Position numbers and translations under genes: made by a program
Part shown: positions 39,152-48,738 of the stretch, piece by piece
Numbering within the stretch: the first letter of the stretch is position 1
How the letters are laid out: every line of letters starts with the position of its first letter
Notes under the pieces: model-generated
What the model was told of the DNA's origin: nothing
Seen by the model: the letters and a program-made list of their open reading frames with translations, nothing else
The model's database searches: none
From: Thermodesulfobacteriota bacterium
Lineage (GTDB): Bacteria > Desulfobacterota > Desulfobulbia > Desulfobulbales > SURF-16
DNA: 64,000 nt
NCBI GenBank assembly: GCA_039715015.1
Contig: JBDLIE010000004.1
Location: 32,001 to 96,000, forward strand
Direction of reading: 5' to 3'

Positions 39152-40102
39152 ATGGCAGGATGTGGAGGCGGCTCCAGTTGCGATAGCGGCAGCTGCGGTT
39201 CGGTAGACGCAAGTATAGCCCAGCAGGACATGGCAATTTCGTCATCCCTCGGGCGCATTAAGAATAAAATACTGGTTATGAGTGGTAAGGGCGGGGTGGG
39301 AAAATCCACTGTGTCTGTCAACCTTGCCCTTGGCCTGGCTAATCGCGGCTATAAGGTGGGGCTGATGGATGTTGATCTCCATGGGCCTGATATCTGCCGG
39401 ATGCTCAACCTCACGGAGCGGCTGATGGATGCCAATATCAAAAAGGATGGCTTGCTCCCTCCTATGATGTATGGCGAAAATCTCAAGGTTATTTCCCTTG
39501 AGTATATGATGGAAAATCGTGATGACCCTGTTATCTGGCGCGGCCCTTTAAAGGTGCAGGCCATCAGGCAGTTTATTGCCGATCTCGACTGGGGTGATCT
39601 TGACTATCTGGTCATTGATGCTCCTCCAGGAACCGGCGATGAGCCTCTTTCCGTGGCCCAAAATATTAAGGATGCCCAGGCCGTTGTTGTTACTACTCCT
39701 CAGGAGGTAGCCCTGGCAGATGTCCGCAAATCTTTGAACTTCTGTAAGCACGTCAAGATGGATGTCGTAGGTATGGTTGAAAATATGAGTGGTTTTGTCT
39801 GCCCCCATTGCAGCAAGACCGTGGAAATCTTCAAGAGCGGTGGCGGTGAAAAAACAGCCAAAGATTTCAAGTTGAATTTTCTCGGTAAGATTCCTGTGGA
39901 CCCAAAGGTAGTAGTTGCCGGTGATGATGGCGCCCCCTATCTGAGTTCAAAGGGCGACAGCCCTGCCATTACCGCCTTCACACATGTTGTTGATAATGTC
40001 GAAAAGGTGTTTAGTAAGAAAAAAGTGTCTCTGGCCATGGCTGACTCTGGTTCCGACTGCGGCTGCGGTGGCACCTGCAACCCCGATACCTGCGACTGTT
40101 AA
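39152..40102 (+). CDS. Mrp/ApbC/Nbp35 Fe-S cluster carrier ATPase with Cys-rich termini
   Basis: SGKGGVGKST, DVDLHGP, WRGP, DAPPGTGD, ENMSGFVCPHC. Confidence 0.93.
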   Translation: MAGCGGGSSCDSGSCGSVDASIAQQDMAISSSLGRIKNKILVMSGKGGVGKSTVSVNLALGLANRGYKVGLMDVDLHGPDICRMLNLTERLMDANIKKDGLLPPMMYGENLKVISLEYMMENRDDPVIWRGPLKVQAIRQFIADLDWGDLDYLVIDAPPGTGDEPLSVAQNIKDAQAVVVTTPQEVALADVRKSLNFCKHVKMDVVGMVENMSGFVCPHCSKTVEIFKSGGGEKTAKDFKLNFLGKIPVDPKVVVAGDDGAPYLSSKGDSPAITAFTHVVDNVEKVFSKKKVSLAMADSGSDCGCGGTCNPDTCDC

Positions 40103-40128
40103 AGTCGATTTCGTACGTAGGTTTTTCC

Positions 40129-40168
40129 GGCCACCAGGCAGATAAAGTTCTTTATCTGCCTGGTGGCC
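40129..40168. repeat. Perfect 19 bp inverted repeat between mrp and the MBL hydrolase gene
   Basis: GGCCACCAGGCAGATAAAG-TT-CTTTATCTGCCTGGTGGCC. Confidence 0.8.
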
Positions 40169-40202
40169 TCTTCAATTTTTAAGTTCTAGAGGTGAAAAGA
40201 CC

Positions 40203-40838
40203 GTGTTGATCAGACAGAAAGTGGTGGGGTCCATGGCCGTATGCTGTTACGTCCTGGGCTGTGAGGAAACCAAAAAGGGAGTCGTTGTTGATCCAGGTGG
40301 TGATGAGGAGAGTATCCTTGCTCTTTGTGAGCAGGAGGGCTTGAACATTGAATATGTCATTGCCACCCATGGCCATCCTGACCATGTCTGTGGTAACCGG
40401 AAAATAAAAGAGGCCACCGGCGCCCAGATCATTATGCATGGCGACGACGACGCTTTTTTTGGCAAGCCGGAGGTTCAGCAATATTTTTCAATGCTGGGGC
40501 TTGAGGCTTCACCACCCGCCGACATTCTCGTAAAGGATGGCGACACCATTACCTTTGGCAACCAAAGCCTTAAGGTCTTTCACACCCCGGGCCATACCCC
40601 TGGAGGCATCTGTCTATACAGCGGCACCGATCTTTTTACCGGTGATACCCTTTTTGTCGGGGCCATTGGCCGCACCGATTTCCCTGGTGGCGATATGGGG
40701 CAATTCATGAAATCCATCCAGGAAAAGCTTCTCACCCTTCCTGACGACACCGTGGTCTGGCCCGGGCATGGCTATGGCGGCTCCAAATCCACCATCGGAG
40801 AGGAAAAACGCTCCAACCCCTTCATAACCGGAGCTTAA
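40203..40838 (+). CDS. MBL-fold metallo-hydrolase (glyoxalase II-like)
   Basis: THGHPDH, HTPGHTPG, TGDTLF, GRTDFPGG, PGHG. Confidence 0.9.
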   Translation: MLIRQKVVGSMAVCCYVLGCEETKKGVVVDPGGDEESILALCEQEGLNIEYVIATHGHPDHVCGNRKIKEATGAQIIMHGDDDAFFGKPEVQQYFSMLGLEASPPADILVKDGDTITFGNQSLKVFHTPGHTPGGICLYSGTDLFTGDTLFVGAIGRTDFPGGDMGQFMKSIQEKLLTLPDDTVVWPGHGYGGSKSTIGEEKRSNPFITGA

Positions 40839-40839
40839 G

Positions 40840-42753
40840 ATGCGGGAGATCGTCCTTGGCACAGCCGGTCATGTTGACCATGGCAAGACAAGTCTTGTCC
40901 GGGCCCTGTCTGGCATTGAGACCGACCGTCTTAAAGAGGAAAAAAAGCGCGGAATCACCATTGAGTTGGGTTTTGCCTTCCTTGATCTGCCCTGTGGCCA
41001 CCGGCTGGGAATTGTTGATGTGCCTGGCCATGAAAAGTTTGTCAAAAACATGGTGGCCGGTGCCAGCGGCATTGACCTGGTGGCCTTTGTCATTGCTGCC
41101 GATGAAGGCATTATGCCCCAAACCCGGGAGCATTTTGAGATTTGCCGCCTGCTGGGTGTTGATAAGGGGCTCATTGTTGTCACCAAAAAGGATATGGTTG
41201 AGCCTGATTGGCTGGAGCTTGTTGAAGAGGAGATTCGTGATTTTTTCAACGATACCTTTCTCGAAGAGGCGCCCCTGGTTACAGTTTCTTCAACCACGGG
41301 CGATGGTATTGATGATGTAAAGAGTGTCCTTGATTCCCTGGTGTCCCAATGTGATTTTACAGAGGCCCATGGCCCTTTTCGTCTTCCTGTGGACCGCGTT
41401 TTTGCCATGAAGGGTTTTGGCGCTGTTGTCACTGGTACTTCGATCAGTGGCCGCATCAATGTCGGTGATGAGGTGGAGATTTTTCCCCATCATCAATATG
41501 GTAAAATTCGCGGTATTCAGAGTCATAGCCAAAGCGTTGATATGGTGGAGGCCGGCAAGAGAACCGCCATCAACGTCCAGGGTGTCGAGAAGGAGCATAT
41601 CCATCGCGGCAATATGTTGGTGACGCCCGGTTGCTTGGAACCCACCTATATGCTTGATACCAGTTTTCTCTATCTCTCATCCTGTGAGAAACCCCTGAAA
41701 AACAGGACCAGGGTGCGTGTTCACCTGGGATCTGCAGAGATCATGGGCCGGGTGGTCTTGCTCGAAGACGAAGTGTTGGCCCCAGGTGTGGAAACAAATG
41801 TCCAGATCCTGCTTGAAGAGCCCGTTGGTGTCTGGCCTGGGGATCATTATGTGGTCCGCAGCTACTCGCCGGTGGCCACCATTGGCGGTGGCGTGGTTTA
41901 TTCCGTATCGCCTCGCAAGCGTCGCCGTTTCAAACCGGAAAATGAGCAGGCCTTTAAGGTCTATGGCCAGGATGACCAGGAAGAACTCTTTCTTCTTCAC
42001 CTGCGGGAAAGCGGCTATAAAGGCCTGACCATGGCTGAGCTTGGTGTCAAAACCGGCATCTTTGGTAATCGTCTCCAGAAAATGCTCAAAACACCCATCT
42101 CGGCCAGGAAGATTATGGTGATCGACTCCGAGCGTAAGCTCATGGTGAGTCAGGACCGGTTTGACGACCTGGCCCAGGCCATTACCGAGGCCCTTGCCTT
42201 GTATCATCAGGACAACCCCTTAAAAACAGGTCTTGCCAAGGAAGAGCTGCGCTCCAAGCTCTTTGGGGCTCAGGAAAACAAAATTTTTCAGGCTGTTTTA
42301 AATAATCTTCTCAAAAAAGAGGTGATTGCCTCAGAGGATTCCTTGGTTCGCATGGCCGATCATAAGGTGGTCCTTCAAGCCGATGAAAAAGAGGTGCAGG
42401 CCGATATGCTAGCCATGTACGAGAAGGCAGGTCTCACCACGCCCACCTATAAAGAGGTTCTTGCCCGCTTTGCCGACCTTTCCCCTGATTTTGTCAAGGA
42501 GATGGTCGGCGTCCTCGTCAAGGATGGGAAGCTGGTGAAGGTAAATGAGGATCTCTATTTTTATAAGGATCATCTTGGCAAACTGCAGGATGATCTTATT
42601 GCCTTTATTAAGGCCGAAGGCGACATTGATGCCCCTCGTTTTAAAGGCCTCACCGGCCTGACCCGCAAATTCTCTATTCCGCTCCTTGAGTATTTTGATA
42701 AGGAGAAGGTGACGTTGCGGGTGGGTGATACCCGCATCCTGCGCGACAATTAA
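40840..42753 (+). CDS. selB: Selenocysteine-specific elongation factor SelB
   Basis: [27 protein letters not shown]-terminal winged helix [19 protein letters not shown]. Confidence 0.96.
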   Translation: MREIVLGTAGHVDHGKTSLVRALSGIETDRLKEEKKRGITIELGFAFLDLPCGHRLGIVDVPGHEKFVKNMVAGASGIDLVAFVIAADEGIMPQTREHFEICRLLGVDKGLIVVTKKDMVEPDWLELVEEEIRDFFNDTFLEEAPLVTVSSTTGDGIDDVKSVLDSLVSQCDFTEAHGPFRLPVDRVFAMKGFGAVVTGTSISGRINVGDEVEIFPHHQYGKIRGIQSHSQSVDMVEAGKRTAINVQGVEKEHIHRGNMLVTPGCLEPTYMLDTSFLYLSSCEKPLKNRTRVRVHLGSAEIMGRVVLLEDEVLAPGVETNVQILLEEPVGVWPGDHYVVRSYSPVATIGGGVVYSVSPRKRRRFKPENEQAFKVYGQDDQEELFLLHLRESGYKGLTMAELGVKTGIFGNRLQKMLKTPISARKIMVIDSERKLMVSQDRFDDLAQAITEALALYHQDNPLKTGLAKEELRSKLFGAQENKIFQAVLNNLLKKEVIASEDSLVRMADHKVVLQADEKEVQADMLAMYEKAGLTTPTYKEVLARFADLSPDFVKEMVGVLVKDGKLVKVNEDLYFYKDHLGKLQDDLIAFIKAEGDIDAPRFKGLTGLTRKFSIPLLEYFDKEKVTLRVGDTRILRDN

Positions 42754-42775
42754 GAGCAGCTCCGGAGATAAGGAC

Positions 42776-44407
42776 ATCGGCAAGATCAGCGGCAACACAT
42801 CGGGACTAAAGACTGCCCAGTTACGACGCCTGGAGCGTCTATCCAAGCGAAGAGTTCCCCCGGAACTGGTGATCAGTCCGGAAATGGCGCGGGAGATGGC
42901 AGAGATTTCCACTGAGCTTAACCGCCAGCTTGGGGTTCTTATTTCTCGAAACGGTGAGGTGGAGACCGTCATTTTAGGCGATCACCGTCAGATTGTTATC
43001 CCTATTTTAAGCCATCTGCGCTCCACCAGCGGCCGCTTAAAGGGGGTGCGCTGTATCCATACCCATTTGGCCGGAGAGAAAATCAGTCAGGATGACCTGA
43101 TGGACCTTCTCTTTTTACGGCTTGATCTCATGTCTATCATTATGGTCAGCAATGGCCTTCCTGATAAGCTGCATAGCGTCCATCTCGTTCCCAATCCAGG
43201 TCAGGGGGAAGACTGGCATTTTCTGCCTTCGGTTGCCCTCAGCGCCCAAGGCGGCGATGTCCGAGAGCTGATCTCCTCACTGGAACAGGAGTTTTCCCGC
43301 TATAAGCCGATCAGGGAGGTGGATAAAGGCACTGATCGGGCCATTTTGGTCAGTGTTACCACCAGCAGCAAGGCCAAGGCGCAGGAATCCATGGATGAAC
43401 TCTGCGAGTTGGTCCGTTCAGCCGATGTCCAGGTCGAAGAGACAGTTATTCAGCGCCGTCATAAGATTAATCCCCGCCTCATTCTCGGGAAGGGCAAGCT
43501 CAGCGAGATTATGCTTCTTGCTCTGCGTCACAATGCCAATCTGCTTATTTTTGACCAGGAACTTAATCCCTCTCAGGTCAACTCCATTATTACCCATACT
43601 GATCTGCGGGTTATTGACCGTACCCAGCTCATTCTTGATATTTTTGCAAGCCGAGCCCTGAGCCGGGAAGGCAAACTGCAGATTGAAATGGCCCAGCTCA
43701 AATATCTGCGGCCCCGTCTTGGTCTTCGTGATGATTCACTTTCCCGTTTGACTGGCGGTATTGGCGGCCGCGGACCTGGTGAAACTAAGCTTGAGATTGA
43801 CCGGCGCCGTATGAATGACCGGTTGGCACGACTAAATAAGGAGTTAAAGAAGGTTGCCAAAGAGAGATACCGGCGCCGGTCCAGACGGCGGAAAAAGGAT
43901 CTGCCGGTGATCAGCCTGGTGGGCTATACAAATGCCGGCAAGTCTACTTTGCTTAACACCCTTACTCAGAGTAAGATCTTAGCGGAGGATAAACTATTCG
44001 CCACCCTGGACCCGACAAGCAGGCGCCTACGTTTTCCTGAGGATGTTGAGGTCGTGGTCACCGACACAGTGGGTTTTATCCGACATCTCCCTGATGAGCT
44101 GCTGCAGGCATTTAAAGCCACCCTGGAAGAACTCCACGAGGCAGACTTGCTCATCCATGTTATTGATATTTCAAATCCTCGTTTTGCTGATCAGATAAAG
44201 GTCGTGGAGGATATTCTCCATGATCTCGATCTGGGTGATATCGCTGTGCTGAAAGTTTTCAATAAAATTGATCAGGTGGAATCTTCCTATGTCAGGGACC
44301 AGCTCCGCATCCATGGCGGTATTGCCATCAGTGCCCTTGATTCCAGCACCTTTACAACCCTGATGCATGAGGCTCGGAAAAGGGTGATGAAGGAGTGGCT
44401 GGCATGA
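42776..44407 (+). CDS. hflX: GTPase HflX, long form; probable ATC start at 42776 (ORF track uses GTG 42725)
   Basis: GGIGGRGPGETKLE, GYTNAGKS, LFATLD, DTVGFI, NKID. Confidence 0.9.
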   Translation: MGKISGNTSGLKTAQLRRLERLSKRRVPPELVISPEMAREMAEISTELNRQLGVLISRNGEVETVILGDHRQIVIPILSHLRSTSGRLKGVRCIHTHLAGEKISQDDLMDLLFLRLDLMSIIMVSNGLPDKLHSVHLVPNPGQGEDWHFLPSVALSAQGGDVRELISSLEQEFSRYKPIREVDKGTDRAILVSVTTSSKAKAQESMDELCELVRSADVQVEETVIQRRHKINPRLILGKGKLSEIMLLALRHNANLLIFDQELNPSQVNSIITHTDLRVIDRTQLILDIFASRALSREGKLQIEMAQLKYLRPRLGLRDDSLSRLTGGIGGRGPGETKLEIDRRRMNDRLARLNKELKKVAKERYRRRSRRRKKDLPVISLVGYTNAGKSTLLNTLTQSKILAEDKLFATLDPTSRRLRFPEDVEVVVTDTVGFIRHLPDELLQAFKATLEELHEADLLIHVIDISNPRFADQIKVVEDILHDLDLGDIAVLKVFNKIDQVESSYVRDQLRIHGGIAISALDSSTFTTLMHEARKRVMKEWLA

Positions 44408-45006
44408 GGCTCGGCAGAAGATTCCTGCAAAGAATTTTTCTCATGCTTTTGCTGCTGTTTTCAGTGGCTTTTGCTGAGGCCCAGGGCGCTGAAAAGGCCC
44501 GCATCAAAGAAAGCTTTGTGGTCAACTCGCATACGGAACTGCTTCTCTATTTTACCCTTGATGGGGCCATAAGCTCTGAAATGGAAAAGGGCATCTTAAA
44601 TGGTATCCCTGTGACCTTTGCTTTTTTTGTCGAACTCTATGAACATGTGGAGGGCAAAGGCCCTGTGCAGCTGGTCACGAGAAATCTTCAGCACACCCTC
44701 TATTTTGAGACCTTGAAAGAGGTTTTTACCCTGGAGCAAACAGAACAGAGTGGGAAAAGCACTCTTTATAAAAATCTAGACGAGGCCACCCTGGCCTTGC
44801 TTCGGGTTCATGACTTGCCAGTAACTGACCTGGCTCTTTTGAAGCCCGGTTTGACATATAGTATCAAAATCAAGGCTGAACTTGCGAAACAGGGAATGCC
44901 GGAAAAATTTAAGAACGTCATGACATTTCTGAAGATCTGGTATTTTGAGACAGAGTGGAAGGAAGTTTTATTTACCATGGCGGCCGGAACATCTTCGGAG
45001 CAATAA
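44404..45006 (+). CDS. Exported DUF4390-like protein
   Basis: Signal peptide; usual position upstream of ntrY; ATGA overlap with hflX. Confidence 0.7.
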   Translation: MRLGRRFLQRIFLMLLLLFSVAFAEAQGAEKARIKESFVVNSHTELLLYFTLDGAISSEMEKGILNGIPVTFAFFVELYEHVEGKGPVQLVTRNLQHTLYFETLKEVFTLEQTEQSGKSTLYKNLDEATLALLRVHDLPVTDLALLKPGLTYSIKIKAELAKQGMPEKFKNVMTFLKIWYFETEWKEVLFTMAAGTSSEQ

Positions 45007-45061
45007 GAGCGTGAATGAGAGCTTTTATGGCTCTATGGGCCAAGCAAGCTGAGAAATCATT

Positions 45062-47281
45062 GTGGAGATAAGCGACCTTTCAGGGGAAGAAGAACAGAGG
45101 GCTCACCGCAAGAAAAGACGGATATGGTGGATTATTGCCATCTGCCTTTTGCTCATGGCGGGACTGACCTTTCTTGAGACCAGAATCCTTGAGCTAGGCA
45201 CGGTTGATTTTCCGGTAAGCGGTAATGTTCTTGTCTATGTGCTTATCAATTTCAATGTTCTTCTGCTCCTGCTCACCGTTTTTCTGGTATTGCGTAATCT
45301 GGTCCAGCTTGTTTTTGACCGCAAGCGGCGGATTCTCGGCACCAAGCTCCGGACAAAGCTTGTTATTTCCTTTATGTCCATGGCCCTCATCCCCACCAGT
45401 ATTCTCTTCTTCCTGGCCCTGCAGTTTGTCTCCACCTCCATGGATTACTGGTTCAATATTAATGTTGAACAGGCCCTGGAGGAGTCTCTGAAAATTGCCA
45501 GAAATGTGTATCGTGAGGAGCAGAATGTTGCTGCCCGCCTGGGCAGAAATATTGCCCTGCAGCTGGAATCGAAGCGCTACCGCCAACTCACCGATACCTC
45601 TCTGGATATTTTTCTGGATGATATTGTCGAAAGCCGGGGCCTTGCTTCCCTGGCCCTGGTCAGCCAGGATCATGGCATCAAGATAATGGCTTTGTCTGAT
45701 GAGCTTGATTCTGGTGAAGAACTTCCTCCCATGCCTGATTCCCTTATTCGTAGAGGGCTGAAGGGGGGTAAAAATCTCGATATTATCCAGAAAATTACCC
45801 TGGGCGAACTGGTGCGTAACGTTTCCCTTGTTCGCCTTGGGCGTGAAAGGCAGGAGCGTCATGTCTTGGTGACCTCGCTCCTCATTCCTCAAGAAAAGAT
45901 CGAGCAGCTCCATAAGATATCCGGCGGACTGGAGGGCTATCGCCAGCTCATACTTCTTCAGCAGCCCATTAAAACAAGCCTGCTTGTTATCCTGCTCATC
46001 GTCACTCTGCTTGTGATGTTTTCCGCCATCTGGTTTGGATTTTATGTGGCCGGCGGCTTGACCACCCCCATTGGTAAGCTGGCCGATGCCACCCTGCGGG
46101 TTGCTGATGGCGAGCTTGATTTTGTAATTGAGAAGGACTCCGGCGATGAAATGGGTACCCTGGTGGAGTCGTTTAATAAGATGACCCGCGATCTTCTTGT
46201 CGGTAAGAGGAGCCTTGAACAGTTTAACCTGGAGCTGGAAAACAGGCGGCGTTACACCGAGACGATTCTGCAGAATGTACCTGCCGGGGTTGTTTCTTTA
46301 GACAGCAAGGGCCGCATTACATCGATAAATACCTTTGCTGAGAGCCTGCTTAATATTGACCCGGAGCGCCTCCTCGGCCATGATTATAAGAATGCTCTTG
46401 CCCCTCAGCATAGCGCTATCCTCGATCAGTTTTATGAAGAGCTGTCCCGTACCGGCAAGATGTCTCTTGAGAAGCCCCTCCAGCTTTCGGTGGGTACTGA
46501 GAGCTTTTCGCTGCGGGTCAATATCACCCGTCTCCATGACGAGAGCGGTGAAGAGCTGGGCGTGGTCCTTGTTTTTGATAACCTTACTGAGCTCGAAAAA
46601 GCCCAGCGTATGGCGGCCTGGCGCGAGGTGGCCCGCAGGATCGCCCACGAGGTAAAAAATCCCCTGACACCGATCCAGCTTTCTGCCCAGCGATTGCGCA
46701 AGCGATACCTTGACAAATTGGCAGGGGAGGGTGATATTTTTGATCTTTGCACAAAGACTATTATCGGTCAGGTTGATGAATTAAAACATCTAGTCAGTGA
46801 GTTCTCCAGTTTTGCCCGCATGCCTGCGGTTCAGAAAACAGAGAGCTCTCTTGAGGAGATGACCAGGGAAACCCTGGTTATGTACCAGGAGGGCCATAAA
46901 GACGTTGTCTTTAACCTGCTTTGTAATCAGGAGATTCCATCCTTTCTTTTTGATCGCAAGCAGATGGAAAGGGTGCTGATTAATCTCCTGGATAATGCTG
47001 TGGCAGCGGTTGCCGGTAAAAATGGCGAAGTGACTGTGGAGCTTAGAGCAAACCAAAGCCAGAATCAGGTATTTGTCGAGGTCAAGGACAATGGTCCAGG
47101 GGTTAATGACGAAGACAAGCTGCACCTCTTTGAACCCTATTTTACCACCAAGAAGACAGGAACAGGTCTAGGTCTTGCCATTGCCACCACGGTTGTTGCC
47201 GATCATGGCGGTTATTTACGTATCAAGGATAATATTCCCACTGGGGCACGTTTTATTGTAGAGCTTCCCCTGGTGGACTAG
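45062..47281 (+). CDS. ntrY: NtrY-like HAMP/PAS sensor histidine kinase
   Basis: TM helices, DYWF, HAMP, PAS, AWREVARRIAHEVKNPLTPIQLSAQR, GTGLGL. Confidence 0.88.
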   Translation: MEISDLSGEEEQRAHRKKRRIWWIIAICLLLMAGLTFLETRILELGTVDFPVSGNVLVYVLINFNVLLLLLTVFLVLRNLVQLVFDRKRRILGTKLRTKLVISFMSMALIPTSILFFLALQFVSTSMDYWFNINVEQALEESLKIARNVYREEQNVAARLGRNIALQLESKRYRQLTDTSLDIFLDDIVESRGLASLALVSQDHGIKIMALSDELDSGEELPPMPDSLIRRGLKGGKNLDIIQKITLGELVRNVSLVRLGRERQERHVLVTSLLIPQEKIEQLHKISGGLEGYRQLILLQQPIKTSLLVILLIVTLLVMFSAIWFGFYVAGGLTTPIGKLADATLRVADGELDFVIEKDSGDEMGTLVESFNKMTRDLLVGKRSLEQFNLELENRRRYTETILQNVPAGVVSLDSKGRITSINTFAESLLNIDPERLLGHDYKNALAPQHSAILDQFYEELSRTGKMSLEKPLQLSVGTESFSLRVNITRLHDESGEELGVVLVFDNLTELEKAQRMAAWREVARRIAHEVKNPLTPIQLSAQRLRKRYLDKLAGEGDIFDLCTKTIIGQVDELKHLVSEFSSFARMPAVQKTESSLEEMTRETLVMYQEGHKDVVFNLLCNQEIPSFLFDRKQMERVLINLLDNAVAAVAGKNGEVTVELRANQSQNQVFVEVKDNGPGVNDEDKLHLFEPYFTTKKTGTGLGLAIATTVVADHGGYLRIKDNIPTGARFIVELPLVD

Positions 47282-47288
47282 GAAGAGT

Positions 47289-48680
47289 ATGGCTAAAAAA
47301 ATTCTGATAATTGATGACGAAGAAACCATTCGCGAGTCCGTGGCCGGTATCTTAAGCGACGAAGGTTTTGAGCCCCTCACTGTTGCCAGCGCCCCAGAGG
47401 CCTTTGCCGTCCTGGAGTCGGAAGCCGTCAAAGCCGTTCTCCTTGATATCTGGATGCCTGAGATGGATGGTATGGAGGCCTTGCCGAAGATAAAGGAGTT
47501 GTATCCCAGTCTGCCGGTGATCATGATCTCCGGCCATGGAAATATTGAAACCGCTGTCCAGGCCACAAAAATGGGAGCCTTTGATTTTATCGAGAAACCC
47601 CCTTCGTATGATAAAATCATCCTGGCCGTGAACAATGCCATGAAGTTTTCTCAGTTGGCCCGGGAAAACGAGATCCTTCGCGCCCAGCAGAGCAAGAGAT
47701 CGGAACTTACTGGTATATCTCCTGCTATCACCGCCATCCGTGAACAGATTCTTCGGGTGGCGCCTACACCGGCCTGGGTGTTAATCCGCGGCGAGCACGG
47801 CACCGGCAAGGAGCTTGCTGCCCAGATGATCCATAGCCATTCAGCGGCCAAAGATAAGCCGATGATTGAGGTCAATTGCGCCGCTATCCCTGAGGAGCTC
47901 ATTGAAAGCGAGCTTTTTGGCCATGAAAAAGGGGCGTTCACCGGTGCCACTGCCAGCAAACGAGGCAAATTTGATTTGGCCGACGGCTCGATTTTGTTTC
48001 TTGATGAGATCGGCGACATGAGCCTGAAGACCCAGGCCAAGGTACTGCGTATTATCCAGGAACAGAAGTTCGAAAGAGTGGGCGGTTCCAAAACTATCAC
48101 CGTTGATGTCCGGGTCATTGCCGCCACCAATAAAGACCTGGAGGCAGAGATTGAGGCAGGTAATTTTCGGGCTGACCTTTTTTACCGACTTAACGTGGTA
48201 CCCATAATCCTTCCTCCCCTGCGTGAACGCCTTGAGGATCTGCCACTCTTAGTGGAAGATCTTATGGAGGATTTCCACAGAAAAGGTTTTGGCCGCAAGA
48301 AATTTTTGCCCGGTGCTTTCCATGCCATGCAACGCCATAACTGGCCTGGCAATGTCCGCGAGTTGCGAAATTTCCTGGAAAGGATCTCCATTATGTGCCC
48401 GGGTGCGGATGTCTCCGGTGAAGAGATTGTCTCTATTTTGAGAAGTGGAGGGGCCGGTGCTGTCGCCGAGCAAGCCCAGCCGACAATGCCGCCATCCCTT
48501 AGCGACAATGCCGCGTTGGCTGATGATATGACCTTTAAAGATGCCAAGAAACAGTTTGAGGCGGATTTTCTGCAGGCTAAAATTGCCGAAAATGATGGGA
48601 ATATCTCAAAAACAGCCGAACAGATTGGTATGGAACGGAGTCATCTTCATAAGAGAATTAAGGCTCTTGGGCTTGATTGA
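47289..48680 (+). CDS. ntrX: NtrX-like sigma54-dependent response regulator
   Basis: Receiver LDIWMP, ISGHG; GEHGTGKE, GAFTGA, WPGNVRE; Fis-type HTH. Confidence 0.88.
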   Translation: MAKKILIIDDEETIRESVAGILSDEGFEPLTVASAPEAFAVLESEAVKAVLLDIWMPEMDGMEALPKIKELYPSLPVIMISGHGNIETAVQATKMGAFDFIEKPPSYDKIILAVNNAMKFSQLARENEILRAQQSKRSELTGISPAITAIREQILRVAPTPAWVLIRGEHGTGKELAAQMIHSHSAAKDKPMIEVNCAAIPEELIESELFGHEKGAFTGATASKRGKFDLADGSILFLDEIGDMSLKTQAKVLRIIQEQKFERVGGSKTITVDVRVIAATNKDLEAEIEAGNFRADLFYRLNVVPIILPPLRERLEDLPLLVEDLMEDFHRKGFGRKKFLPGAFHAMQRHNWPGNVRELRNFLERISIMCPGADVSGEEIVSILRSGGAGAVAEQAQPTMPPSLSDNAALADDMTFKDAKKQFEADFLQAKIAENDGNISKTAEQIGMERSHLHKRIKALGLD

Positions 48681-48738
48681 TCTCTAAAAAAGTCGGTAGG
48701 CGCGCTGTTTGAAACAAGGAATAAGGTCTTCGAGAGAT

